Shown here: one piece after another, positions 43,525 through 53,230 of the stretch | Position numbering within the stretch: position 1 is the first letter of the stretch | Layout of the letters: each line of letters begins with the position of its first letter | NCBI GenBank assembly: GCA_964556695.1 | Contig: CAZKXZ010000023.1 | Coordinates: forward strand, 1,174 to 65,173 | Direction: 5' to 3' | Source of the DNA: an uncultured Gemmatimonadales bacterium | GTDB taxonomy: Bacteria; Gemmatimonadota; Gemmatimonadetes; Gemmatimonadales; Gemmatimonadaceae | DNA length: 64,000 nucleotides | Notes under the pieces: generated by a model | What the model was told of the DNA's origin: nothing | Databases searched by the model: none | Seen by the model: the letters and a program-made list of their open reading frames with translations, nothing else | Program-made: the position numbers and the translations under genes

Positions 43525-44780
43525 TAAAATTCCCGCGTCCGGCGATGTTGTTTGCCGCAGCAATTCTGATAATCGTGGCCTGCACGGCACCACGCGTCCG
43601 TCCTCCTCTCTTCCCGGACATTGTGCCCGGCGAAGCACCGCGACCCGACTCCGTCGATGCCATTCTGCTGCTTGTCGGTGATGCGGGCGAAGCAGAACCA
43701 GGCGAATCGCCACTACTTATGCGCATGAAGCAGGAGATCGAAGTCTGGTCCGGTCTGCTCGGTCGCGACTCGGCTGTAACAGTTCTTTTCCTCGGCGACA
43801 ATGTTTACCCGGCTGGTGTGCGCGACCGGACTGACAAGGGCTTCGCGCAGGATTCGGCGAGGCTGTGGGGACAGATCAATCTGCTCGACGGGCCCAAGGC
43901 ACGTTCGCGTGGAGCGATCGGCTTCTTCATCGCAGGCAATCATGATTGGGGCAACCAGTCTGGCGAGGGAGGATTAAAGAGGCTCAAGAATATGGAGGCG
44001 CAAATTCAGCTCGCCAGGAAGAAGGGAATTCCTGTTCAGCTTGCGCCACCGGCAGGTACGGCCGGGCCAGAGGTGCGTGACATCCGCGAGAACATGCGAC
44101 TTCTGATGATTGATACTCACTTCTATCTGCAGGAGAGCACGCTACAGGGACGCGACGCATTTGTCGCGGGAATCGAACGCGCAATTGAAGCAGCGGGCGA
44201 TCGTCACGTGCTCATCGCGGCTCATCATCCGTACACAACCGCCGGCCCACACGGCGATCTTGTCGCACCGTTGTCCCGTGCGCTGGGCCTCATGTATCTG
44301 CTCGAAAAATCGGGCACATTCGTTCAGGATCTGAACTCGCCCATCTACAGGGATCTGCTGCGCCGTCTCAAGCAGGTGTTCGCACGCAGCGGACCACCGC
44401 TGGCATTCATCGGTGGACATGATCACTCGCTGCAGGTGCACGTCGGCAAGGAGTTTTCAGATCCGCAGTATATCCTGGTCAGCGGCGCCGGAAGCAAGGC
44501 AAACGCGCTCGTGGGCGCGGACTCGCTGCGCTACGGCACTGCACGTCCGGGGTTCATGAGCATGGTTTTTCACAAGAAGGGTGCGGTCGATGTGTTCGTC
44601 ATCGCCGGGCGCAACACGGACACCGCTGAGGAGTGTCCGCCGCAGCAGGACAGCACCTGTCTGCGCAAAGAAAGCGAAGCATTCGGCGTCGTCTACTCTG
44701 AACGCCTCGCGTTCAGGAATCCACCAGCCACTGACACAATTCCGGCCGATGCTGTCGTGGCCAGGCGGCGTTCACCATGA
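43521..44780 (+). CDS. Metallophosphoesterase (calcineurin-like) lipoprotein
   Basis: LLLVGDAGE, FLGDNVYPAG, AGNHDW, AAHHP and GGHDH. Start at ATG 43521 (MIKFPRPAMLFAAAILIIVAC) gives an ATGA overlap with the upstream stop. GTG 43512 is the alternative. Confidence 0.85.
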   Translation: MIKFPRPAMLFAAAILIIVACTAPRVRPPLFPDIVPGEAPRPDSVDAILLLVGDAGEAEPGESPLLMRMKQEIEVWSGLLGRDSAVTVLFLGDNVYPAGVRDRTDKGFAQDSARLWGQINLLDGPKARSRGAIGFFIAGNHDWGNQSGEGGLKRLKNMEAQIQLARKKGIPVQLAPPAGTAGPEVRDIRENMRLLMIDTHFYLQESTLQGRDAFVAGIERAIEAAGDRHVLIAAHHPYTTAGPHGDLVAPLSRALGLMYLLEKSGTFVQDLNSPIYRDLLRRLKQVFARSGPPLAFIGGHDHSLQVHVGKEFSDPQYILVSGAGSKANALVGADSLRYGTARPGFMSMVFHKKGAVDVFVIAGRNTDTAEECPPQQDSTCLRKESEAFGVVYSERLAFRNPPATDTIPADAVVARRRSP

Positions 44781-47398
44781 ATACTCATATGACGATGGCA
44801 AACCTGCGGAACACGGCTGGTGCCGTGCTGTTGGTCAGTCTGTTGTTGCCCGCAATCTCCGGAGCGCAGGACAGCACGAAGATTGACCCATCCAATCTCA
44901 TGCCGCCACCACCAGCCGTGTCGCTCGCAGTGCTGCGCACCGGCGTCGATTCAGTAACGGCCTCGCCAGGTGAGAGCTATTCAGCGTGGTGGCTGCACCG
45001 CTTCATTTACGGTGACCTGAATCGGGATCTCTGGAGCATTCCAATAAGAGTGCCGGTGCTTGATCTGAAGAAGGTCGGCGGTGGGTTGACCGTATTGGAG
45101 CTGAGTGGAGGCAAGCAGACGCTGGGAATTCAGTTCACCGGCAACGACGGGGTCACGTACCAATTCCGTTCGCTGGTGAAGGAACCGCGGCGCCCCATGC
45201 CGAAGGTGTTGCATCAGCTGCCACCAGGACGCGTGTCCAAGGATCAAATGGCCGCGCAGTTCCCACTCGCGCCTCTCGTAGTTGCAGAGCTGGTAGAAGC
45301 TGTCGGCGTACTGGTTGCAAAGCCGCGGCTGGTTGTCATGCCCGATGACGAGCGTTTGGGAGAATTTCGCGAGGCCTTTGCAGGACGCATGGGCTGGATC
45401 GAGGTGAGGCCGGAGGAGGGCAAAGATGACAGTCCTGGCTTCGCGGGCTCCACGAAAATCTCGGGGACTTATGATGTCTACGCGGAACTCATTGAGAATC
45501 CGCGCAGCTACGTGAACGCGGACGCATTGTTGCGCGCGCGACTGGTGGACTTTCTGGTTGGCGATTGGGACAGGCACTCCGATCAATGGCGCTGGGCGCG
45601 TTTCAAGGATGGCGATCGTATGCGCTGGGATCCAATTCCACGCGATCGTGACTGGGCATTCGCGCACATCGATGGAGTGCTGCGCCCACTTGTTTCTCTC
45701 TACTATCCGCAATACGTGAACTTCGCCCCTGACTATCTGGATGTCTATGGTCTCACGTGGGCGAGCCAGCGCGTGGATCGCTTGCTGCTCGCCGGCCTTG
45801 ATAGCAGCGCGTTCATGAAGATTGCGAATGAAGTATCCGCGACACTGACAGACGCGGTGCTGGCGAAGTCGGTGGCGACGCTGCCGCTGTCGTATCGTGA
45901 GGCCGGCAACGAGTTGCTCGGTGCAATGCGCAACCGGCGCAACAAACTGGTTGATGCCGCGGCCGAGTTCTATGCGCTGATCGCCCGTGAGCCGGCGATA
46001 CTCGCCACTGACAAAGCCGACTCAGTTACGATCAGTGCTGATGATAAGACCGTCAGGGTTCAGATTCATGAGGGCGAAGCTGGTGGGATGCTTCGTTATG
46101 ATCGCACCTTCAGGTCCGGCGAAAGCAGAGAATTGCGGCTGTATCTTCTCGACGGAGCAGACCGTGTGATCGTGAAAGGGTCGTCCGATCTGCCGATTGT
46201 TGTGCGCATTGCGACAGGTGGAGGCGACGACAGGATCGTCGATAGCACCAGCGGAAAAAACGTGCGCATCTACAACACAGATGGTGATGACAACGCGGAT
46301 CTGGGCAGGCGGGCATTCTTCACCGAACATGACTATCTCGCCCAGGACACCATTCGCACGGCAGCGCGAGTCTGGAATATTCGCGACTGGGGCAGCGCCT
46401 GGCTCCTGCTGCCGTCCGCGGACCATCAGTCCGACATCGGGCTATTGATGGGTGCCAAAATCACACGTAACAGCTTTGGGTTCGGACAACAGCCTTGTCA
46501 CACCTGCATCTCTGCCGAGGTGCTTAGCTCATTCACGGGCAAGCAGATAATCACCACGCTAGGAGTCGATCGCCTGATCACTTCAGGCGGGTTGTGGATT
46601 GCCAACTCTCTGGAGATGCAGTCGGGACGGCCCACACGTTTTTATGGATTTGGAAACGATGTCCCTACACCGCCCGGGGAACTTTCATTCACAGGTTTCC
46701 GGAGCACTTTTGAATTGAAGTCAGGCTTCCGCCATGAGGTGTCCGACAACTGGAATCTTTTTGCGGGTGCGACTTGGCGCCGTTTTGGATCGATACGCGA
46801 AGGTGGCGATACGTTCGATGACATTACCTATGGCGGCGGACATTTTCAGCAGGTTGGTCTCAAGGGAGAATTTGAGCTCGACACGCGCGACGTAAAGGGT
46901 TTGCCGACCAAAGGCGCCGTGGCGGAGTTGAGCGCGGATTACCATCCGGCCTTGCTGGATGTCGCGTCGCCATATAGCAGCGTGCGGGGGAGCGTGCGTC
47001 TGTTCCAATCGTTGCCGCTTCCGTTGGATCCGGCGTTGCATCTGCGGCTTGTGGGTGCAAAGGTCTGGGGCACCGCGCCGTTCGCGGATGTACCGTACCT
47101 TGGAGGTTCTTCAACGCTACCGGGATTTGCGCGTTCGCAGTTCCGCGGCAATGCAATGGCCTCCGCCTATGTGCTACTGCGGGCGAAAGCGCTTTCAGTG
47201 TTCAAACTGGACCTGGGCGTGCATGGCCTCAGCGGAATCGGTCGCGTGTGGGAGGATGGCGAGGAGTCGTCGACTTGGCATCGTTCCAGCGGAGCTGGCA
47301 TGTGGCTGCATCTGCCCTCGGTGAAGAAGACGATCAGTGTGACATTTGTTAAGGGAGAGCAGAAGCGAACGTATTTTGACTTCGGCTTTATCTTCTGA
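44777..47398 (+). CDS. Omp85/BamA-TamA-family-like outer-membrane protein
   Basis: Signal peptide. C-terminal beta-barrel-like region (YLGGSSTLPGFARSQFRGN, SGAGMWL) ending FDFGFIF with a terminal Phe. ATGA overlap with the metallophosphoesterase gene. Confidence 0.65.
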   Translation: MNTHMTMANLRNTAGAVLLVSLLLPAISGAQDSTKIDPSNLMPPPPAVSLAVLRTGVDSVTASPGESYSAWWLHRFIYGDLNRDLWSIPIRVPVLDLKKVGGGLTVLELSGGKQTLGIQFTGNDGVTYQFRSLVKEPRRPMPKVLHQLPPGRVSKDQMAAQFPLAPLVVAELVEAVGVLVAKPRLVVMPDDERLGEFREAFAGRMGWIEVRPEEGKDDSPGFAGSTKISGTYDVYAELIENPRSYVNADALLRARLVDFLVGDWDRHSDQWRWARFKDGDRMRWDPIPRDRDWAFAHIDGVLRPLVSLYYPQYVNFAPDYLDVYGLTWASQRVDRLLLAGLDSSAFMKIANEVSATLTDAVLAKSVATLPLSYREAGNELLGAMRNRRNKLVDAAAEFYALIAREPAILATDKADSVTISADDKTVRVQIHEGEAGGMLRYDRTFRSGESRELRLYLLDGADRVIVKGSSDLPIVVRIATGGGDDRIVDSTSGKNVRIYNTDGDDNADLGRRAFFTEHDYLAQDTIRTAARVWNIRDWGSAWLLLPSADHQSDIGLLMGAKITRNSFGFGQQPCHTCISAEVLSSFTGKQIITTLGVDRLITSGGLWIANSLEMQSGRPTRFYGFGNDVPTPPGELSFTGFRSTFELKSGFRHEVSDNWNLFAGATWRRFGSIREGGDTFDDITYGGGHFQQVGLKGEFELDTRDVKGLPTKGAVAELSADYHPALLDVASPYSSVRGSVRLFQSLPLPLDPALHLRLVGAKVWGTAPFADVPYLGGSSTLPGFARSQFRGNAMASAYVLLRAKALSVFKLDLGVHGLSGIGRVWEDGEESSTWHRSSGAGMWLHLPSVKKTISVTFVKGEQKRTYFDFGFIF

Positions 47399-48854
47399 TT
47401 GTCCGTTGCTGAGGTGCGAGCTGCGGTTGATCCGGCAACCGGCGTGCCGTTCCCATCTCCAAAGCGACGACCGATGCAATCATGCTCGGTGCGACTAACG
47501 GGAGTCGCAATGCGATCCCTGCGCCGGTTTGTTCGACGACCAGTGGTTTCCGATCGGCCAGCAGATACGCAGCACGCGGCATCTCCTTTACACCGCTGAG
47601 GACAACTACACCGTTGCGGGGCCAGTTGAAGATGTGTGCGTACAGAACACCTGGCTTTGCGGTGTAGCGACCCCACGTTGGTTGTCCGTATGGGCTCACC
47701 GTTGTCGAATAAATCGACTCGCCGTTGGTGCGCATCCATTGGCCAATCTCGCGCAGTCGCGCCACACTCTCCGATGGAATTTCGCCGGCAGCTGTGGGAC
47801 CGACATTGAGGAGGAAGTTGCCACCCTTCGCTGCAATATCAACGAGTGTTCGCACGAGCGTTTGCGCAGTCTTCCAGTTGTCGTCGAATGATTTGAAGCC
47901 CCATGTGTCATTCATCGTCATGCAGCTTTCCCAATCAACACCCGGCAGCCCAATGGCGGGGACGGTCTGCTCAGGCGTCCCGAAATCGCCCAGTCCGACA
48001 CGATTCGTGTTGCTCATGCCGCTCATTCCCTGGCGATCCTTGCCGACGCGGTTGTTGATGATGAGGCTCGGCTTGAGCGCGCGCAGCCAGTTGTACAGTT
48101 CCGCACCGCCCTCATTATTCCAGTCCGCCACCCATTCGCCATCGAACCATAAAACATCGATGGCGGGGTACTGTGTGAGCAGCTCCCTCAGCTGCGGCTT
48201 CATGTAGGACTCGACGTAGCGGGCGAAGTTGGGATTGCTCCAGGCGCGTGAGTTGTATTCCGGCGTGTTGGGCGCCTGCGCGTCGGGGTGGTGCCAATCC
48301 ATTATCGAGTAGTACACGCCGAATTTCAAACCCTGGCGGTGCGCGGCCTCAGCGAGAGCTTTGATTGCATCGCGTCGGTATGGGGAGGCGTTGACGATGT
48401 CGTAGGTGGACACCTTGGAGTTGAAGAGTGCGAAGCCGTCGTGGTGCTTTGAGGTGATGATGATGTACTTCATCCCGGCGTCCTTCGCGATTCGCACCCA
48501 CTGGTCGGCGTCGTACTTCACGGGATTGAATGCGCGCACGAATTGTTCGTACTCCGTGACAGGAATCTTCGCGCCGCTCATGATCCATTCGCCGAGTCCG
48601 GCGGTGCGCTCGCCGCGATACGTTCCGGCTGGAACGGCATACGCTCCCCAGTGGATGAACATTCCGAAGCGGGCTTCGCGCCACCAGGACATACGCGCGT
48701 CGCGTTGCGCTGTCGATTCGGTCATCAGAGTCTGTGCCGCGCTGCGTGAGAGCGGCAGCGCCACGAGCGCGATTCCCAGCATTAGCCGGCGAATGGTCAC
48801 GATTCCTACAGCGTGGAGCGGCATCAGAGCCCTTGGCTCACGGTAGGCGGACAT
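47388..48854 (-). CDS. Alpha-L-fucosidase (GH29)
   Basis: WWREARFGMFIHWGAYAVPA, KYIIITSKHHDGFALF, YYS..DW and WFDGEW motifs. The true start may be internal (signal peptide MLGIALVALPLSRSAAQ). Confidence 0.9.
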   Translation of the reverse strand: MSAYREPRALMPLHAVGIVTIRRLMLGIALVALPLSRSAAQTLMTESTAQRDARMSWWREARFGMFIHWGAYAVPAGTYRGERTAGLGEWIMSGAKIPVTEYEQFVRAFNPVKYDADQWVRIAKDAGMKYIIITSKHHDGFALFNSKVSTYDIVNASPYRRDAIKALAEAAHRQGLKFGVYYSIMDWHHPDAQAPNTPEYNSRAWSNPNFARYVESYMKPQLRELLTQYPAIDVLWFDGEWVADWNNEGGAELYNWLRALKPSLIINNRVGKDRQGMSGMSNTNRVGLGDFGTPEQTVPAIGLPGVDWESCMTMNDTWGFKSFDDNWKTAQTLVRTLVDIAAKGGNFLLNVGPTAAGEIPSESVARLREIGQWMRTNGESIYSTTVSPYGQPTWGRYTAKPGVLYAHIFNWPRNGVVVLSGVKEMPRAAYLLADRKPLVVEQTGAGIALRLPLVAPSMIASVVALEMGTARRLPDQPQLAPQQRTIRR

Positions 48855-48912
48855 GCGGCTGCCGAATATGAGTATACGATGAGGCCGACGAAATCTCTAT
48901 CCCGACTGGACA

Positions 48913-49283
48913 ATGTTCAGTTTGTACCAGTATCCGGATTTGTCTCTTGCCGACTTCCCCCGACAACCAGGGATCTTCAGCATGAGAAAGTTCATCTCCA
49001 CGAGGTGCCGGGGTCGGAGTGTTTTGTGGGGAGTTTGGTGTGTCTCGAAACTACGTTCGGGGGTTTGGAGTTTGTGAAGCATGTTCAGGGTAGGGAGGGA
49101 CGAAGTGAACCTCACAGCTTCACAAATCACCCGGAACGCACGACTCGCCACCCGCCACGCAGTTCCGCGACACACCGAACTCCTTACAGAATACTCCGAC
49201 CCCGGCACCTCGCGGAGATGCATTATCTCATGCCACCGATGCCAGTCCAAGTCGGTACTGGCAGTCAAACTATACCAATACGG
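48913..49283. repeat. Roughly 370-bp imperfect palindrome (two inverted ~170-nt units), flanked by the 11-bp direct repeat CCGACTGGACA; MITE-like or structured-RNA locus
   Basis: Core arms 48981..49080 and 49117..49232 are about 85 percent identical as reverse complements over about 80 nt. This includes a perfect 20-mer, CGAGGTGCCGGGGTCGGAGT, at 49001..49020 versus 49193..49212. CCGACTGGACA occurs at 48902..48912 and 49284..49294. Confidence 0.75.
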
Positions 49284-49343
49284 CCGACTGGACAGCGCTG
49301 GACTTCCGCGCTAGCGTAAAGCACCCTCACGGAGCGATACGCC

Positions 49344-50636
49344 ATGATTGATCGTCGCGCGTTCTTGTCTGCCATCACCACGGCAGCGGTTGGACTTCCG
49401 GTACTCAACTCCCTTGCTGTTCGCCGGCTCGCCGCCGCAACTGCATACGCGGGTAACCAGGCGCCACTCGCACTCGCCGATGACGAAGTGTACTGGGGCG
49501 AGATCCGACGCGCGTTCACGCTGGACGACACGCTGTGCAATCTCAACAACGGCTGGTGCAGCCCGGCGCCAGCGCACGCTCTTGAGCAAATGATCCGCGA
49601 CCTGCGCTTCTCGAACGAGCTGCCGGTCGAGCACATGGCGCGCCTGCTGGAACCGCGTATCGAGGGTGTTCGGGAAGGGCTGGCTCGCGAATTCGGCTGC
49701 GAGACCGAGGAGATGGCGATAACCCGCAACGCTTCGGAGTCGAACGAGATCATGATCTTCGGACTGGACCTCAAGCGCGGCGATGAAGTGATCGTCACGA
49801 CGCAGAACTACAATCGCATGATTACCGCATGGCGGCAGCGCGAACGTCGCGAGGGGATCGTGCTCAAACAGATCAAGCTCGACACGCCCCCCAAGTCAGA
49901 CGACGATGTGGTGCGCGCCTTCGAGGCTGCCATCACGCCCAACACGCGCGTGATCGAAGTCATGCACCTGAGTTACATGACGGGATACATTTTTCCGGTG
50001 CGTCGCATCGCGGACATGGCGCGCGCCCGGGGAATACAGGTTTTCGTTGATGGTGCGCACGCATTCGCACACTTTCCCTTCACGCGCGACCAGCTCGGCG
50101 TAGACTACTATGGTACGAGCCTGCACAAGTGGTGCATGGCGCCGATCGGAACGGGCATGCTTTACGTGAGGCGCGACAAGATCAAGCAATTGTGGCCGCT
50201 CATGGGCGCGCGCGCGGATCAGGACGAGAATATCAGAAAGTACGAGGAGATCGGCACACATCCGGCGGCCAACCACAACGCGATCGCGGTTTCGCTCGCT
50301 TTTCACCGCAGCATTGGTTCCGATCGCAAGATTGCGAGGCTGCGTTTTCTGCGCGACCGCTGGGCAAAGGCGCTCATGGAGAAGAGTGATCGCGTTCACC
50401 TGCTCACAGCACTCGGCCCCAACAAGAACGGTGCAATCGCGACATTCAATATCGATGGTCTGGAGATGCCGGCACTGAGCACATGGCTATGGGCCAATCA
50501 CAAGATCGCGGTTGGTCCGCAGAACCATGCCGAGTTCCGGGGGATTCGTGTGACGCCCAATGTGTATACGTCGCTGGATGAGCTGGACAGGTTTGTTGAG
50601 AAGGTGACGATTGCGATCACGAAAGGGATTGCGTAG
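49344..50636 (+). CDS. Tat-signal aminotransferase class V-fold PLP enzyme (isopenicillin-N-epimerase/cysteine-desulfurase-like)
   Basis: MIDRRAFLSAITTAAVG has the twin-arginine motif. VDGAHAF and GTSLHKW (PLP lysine) are present. Class V fold pattern. Confidence 0.8.
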   Translation: MIDRRAFLSAITTAAVGLPVLNSLAVRRLAAATAYAGNQAPLALADDEVYWGEIRRAFTLDDTLCNLNNGWCSPAPAHALEQMIRDLRFSNELPVEHMARLLEPRIEGVREGLAREFGCETEEMAITRNASESNEIMIFGLDLKRGDEVIVTTQNYNRMITAWRQRERREGIVLKQIKLDTPPKSDDDVVRAFEAAITPNTRVIEVMHLSYMTGYIFPVRRIADMARARGIQVFVDGAHAFAHFPFTRDQLGVDYYGTSLHKWCMAPIGTGMLYVRRDKIKQLWPLMGARADQDENIRKYEEIGTHPAANHNAIAVSLAFHRSIGSDRKIARLRFLRDRWAKALMEKSDRVHLLTALGPNKNGAIATFNIDGLEMPALSTWLWANHKIAVGPQNHAEFRGIRVTPNVYTSLDELDRFVEKVTIAITKGIA

Positions 50637-50651
50637 GCCTTCACCTTAACC

Positions 50652-50751
50652 GTCATTCCCGCGCAAGCGGGAATCCAGCGTCGTCCTCCCTGGATTCCCG
50701 CCTTCGCGGAATGACGACATGAACATGGGTTCCCGCTTTCGCGGGAATGAC
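50652..50751. repeat. REP-like units, locus E (three units)
   Basis: GTCATTCCCGCGCAAGCGGGAATCCAG (50652..50678), CTGGATTCCCGCCTTCGCGGAATGAC (50690..50715) and GGGTTCCCGCTTTCGCGGGAATGAC (50727..50751). Confidence 0.85.
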
Positions 50752-50771
50752 AGTGTTATCCGGCCACCGAC

Positions 50772-52838
50772 ATGCGACTAGCGCGACTTCTTCCTCTGAT
50801 ACCATTGCTTCCGCTGCTGTCCGTCGCTGCGGTGCGGCAGGACCGCAATGCTGACTGGCCGGTCTACGGCGGGCTCACGGACAACACGCATTACTCAACG
50901 CTCGACCAAATCACACCTGCCAACGTCGCGCGACTCGAGGTTGCGTGGAAGTACGAAACACGCGATGAGTTTCAGGGTTCGGAGATGCAGGCGAATCCGA
51001 TTGTTATTGACGGAGTGCTGTACGCGACCACGCCGAGGCTGAAGGTATTTGCGCTCGACGCCGCCACGGGGCACGAGTTGTGGAAGTTCGATCCCACCAA
51101 CGATGCCAACGCGAACACACGCTTTCGCCATCGCGGAGTTGTTGTCACAGGCGACCGGGTGCTATTCAACTATCGCAACAGGCTTTTTGCACTTGACAGA
51201 AAGACAGGGCAGCCCATTCCAACATTTGGTGTTGATGGAGTGGTGGACCTTCGCGAAGGACTGAACCGAACTTCCACGGGACTGAGTGTCAGTGCCAGTA
51301 CACCTGGCGTCGTGTTCGAGGATGTTCTGATCATTGGAAGCACGGTACCCGAGGCGCTCCCCTCTGCTCCCGGTGATATTCGCGCTTACGACATCAAGAC
51401 CGGTGCGTTGCGCTGGAGTTTTCACACCATTCCGCATCCGGGAGAATTCGGATACGACACATGGTCGCCCGATTCCTACAAGGTTGTTGGTGGTGCCAAT
51501 GCCTGGGCTGGTGTAACCGTGGACGTGCAGCGCGGCATTGTGTTCGCCGCCACCGGTTCGGCCTCGTTCGATTTCTACGGAGCCAACAGAATCGGCGACA
51601 ATCTTTTCGCCAATACGTTACTTGCGCTCGATGCGCGCACGGGCAAGCGCATCTGGCACTTTCAGGCGATAAAGCACGATCTATGGGACTGGGATTTTCC
51701 GGCTGCTCCGACTCTTGTGACGGTAACGCGCGATGGGCAGAGAGTTGATGCGGTCGCGCAGATAACGAAGACGGGGTACGTGTACGTATTCGAGCGCGCA
51801 ACGGGCAAGCCGTTATTCCCCATCGAGTATCGCAATGTACCGGCGTCCACGCTGGACGGTGAACAAGCAGCGACCACACAACCCTATCCGGTGAAGCCGC
51901 CGCCATTCACGCGACAGAATCTCACCGAGGACATGCTCACCAGGCGCACTCCGGCGGCCCACGCGGCAGTGCTCGAAGTATTCCGCACATCGAAGAGCGG
52001 CATGTACGATCCACCTGCACTGCAGGGGAACATCTATTTCCCGGGCGTTGATGGCGGTGGCGAGTGGGGTGGCCCGGCATTCGACCCTGCAACCGCACTT
52101 CTGTATGTGAATTCCAACGAAATGCCCTGGACGCAGAAGCTCGTGCCGCGGAGCGACAAATCGCTCTACGCCAACGCTTGCGCCAGTTGCCATGGCGATG
52201 ATCTTCGCGGATCGCCTTCGGCACCATCGCTGGTGGATATTGGCAACCGTCGCACGCGCGACGAACTGCGCGCAGTTGTGGGGCAGGGAACAGGACGAAT
52301 GCCGGGATATGCGCAGACGTTCGACAACAATGCTGTGAATGCGATAGTGAACTTTCTGCTTACCGGTCGTGATGTAGCGGATTCATTGGCGAGCAGCCCG
52401 ACATTTCTCAAGTATCGCAGTACGGGACTCAAGCTGTGGCTCGATCCCGATGGTTATCCGCCAATCACACCGCCCTGGGGAACGCTCAACGCGATTGATC
52501 TGAACAGCGGCGAGATCCGCTGGAAGATTCCCTTTGGTGAATATCCCAAGCTTGTCGCACAGGGAATTACGAACACGGGAACGGACAGTTATGGCGGACC
52601 TGTGGTGACTCAGAACGGGTTGTTGTTCATTGCCGCGACCACATACGACAACAAGTTCCGCGCGTTCGACAAACTCACCGGCAAATTGCTGTGGGAGACA
52701 ACTCTTCCGGCCGCCGGCAATGCGACACCGTCACTCTATATGGTAAACGGGCGCGAATACATCGTCATAGCCTGCGGCGGTGGCAAGAACGACGCACCCT
52801 CAGGCGGGACGTACGTGGCATTTGCTTTGCCAAGATAA
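50772..52838 (+). CDS. PQQ-dependent dehydrogenase (quinoprotein glucose/sugar dehydrogenase family) with embedded c-type haem motif
   Basis: Signal peptide. [34 protein letters not shown] is a typical PQQ-propeller start. Repeated W-containing propeller motifs. CASCHG is CxxCH. Confidence 0.85.
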   Translation: MRLARLLPLIPLLPLLSVAAVRQDRNADWPVYGGLTDNTHYSTLDQITPANVARLEVAWKYETRDEFQGSEMQANPIVIDGVLYATTPRLKVFALDAATGHELWKFDPTNDANANTRFRHRGVVVTGDRVLFNYRNRLFALDRKTGQPIPTFGVDGVVDLREGLNRTSTGLSVSASTPGVVFEDVLIIGSTVPEALPSAPGDIRAYDIKTGALRWSFHTIPHPGEFGYDTWSPDSYKVVGGANAWAGVTVDVQRGIVFAATGSASFDFYGANRIGDNLFANTLLALDARTGKRIWHFQAIKHDLWDWDFPAAPTLVTVTRDGQRVDAVAQITKTGYVYVFERATGKPLFPIEYRNVPASTLDGEQAATTQPYPVKPPPFTRQNLTEDMLTRRTPAAHAAVLEVFRTSKSGMYDPPALQGNIYFPGVDGGGEWGGPAFDPATALLYVNSNEMPWTQKLVPRSDKSLYANACASCHGDDLRGSPSAPSLVDIGNRRTRDELRAVVGQGTGRMPGYAQTFDNNAVNAIVNFLLTGRDVADSLASSPTFLKYRSTGLKLWLDPDGYPPITPPWGTLNAIDLNSGEIRWKIPFGEYPKLVAQGITNTGTDSYGGPVVTQNGLLFIAATTYDNKFRAFDKLTGKLLWETTLPAAGNATPSLYMVNGREYIVIACGGGKNDAPSGGTYVAFALPR

Positions 52839-52841
52839 CCT

Positions 52842-52910
52842 GTCATTCCCGCGAAAGCGGGAATCCATGTTGCGGATCCCTTAGGGTCCCGCCTTCGCCA
52901 CCCGGGATAC
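52842..52910. repeat. REP-like units, locus F (one good plus one degenerate unit)
   Basis: GTCATTCCCGCGAAAGCGGGAATCCA (52842..52867) and degenerate GGGTCCCGCCTTCGCCACCCGGGATAC (52884..52910). Confidence 0.75.
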
Positions 52911-52936
52911 AGTCCTGTTGCCATTAAGCACACAAT

Positions 52937-53230
52937 GTGCTAATATCCCCAAGGGTGAAATACTTCGAATGGGATCCTGCCAAGAACGAAACCCTGCGGT
53001 CAGGCCGCGGCATATCGTTTGAGGAAATCACCTTCCACATCATGCAGGGCGACTTACTGGATGTGCTCGAGCATCCCAACGTCGAGCGGTATGGAGGGCA
53101 GAGAATCTTCGTCGTCAAAGTGAATGATTATGTGTACCTGGTGCCGTTCGTCGAGAGTGATCATTCGGTCTTTCTCAAGACGATCATTCCGAGTCGCAAG
53201 GCAACGGCCCGCTACCTGAAGGATGAGTGA
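52937..53230 (+). CDS. brnT: BrnT family toxin (DUF497)
   Basis: KYFEWDPAKNETLRSGRGISFEEI matches the BrnT N-terminal signature. GTG start at 52937 or 52955. Confidence 0.8.
   Translation: MLISPRVKYFEWDPAKNETLRSGRGISFEEITFHIMQGDLLDVLEHPNVERYGGQRIFVVKVNDYVYLVPFVESDHSVFLKTIIPSRKATARYLKDE

Noticed and set aside
47388-47398. 11-nt overlap of the convergent 3' ends of the Omp85-like and fucosidase genes.
   Set aside because: This is real in the sequence, but such short convergent overlaps are common in compact genomes. No further signal was seen.
48813-49319. ORFs 48813..49319(+) and 48897..49268(-), encoding mutually similar peptides (HLHEVPGSE / HLREVPGSE).
   Set aside because: The similarity is a by-product of the DNA palindrome. 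A short ATG-initiated frame in the left arm is stopped after two codons in the right arm. There are no SD sequences and no family motifs.
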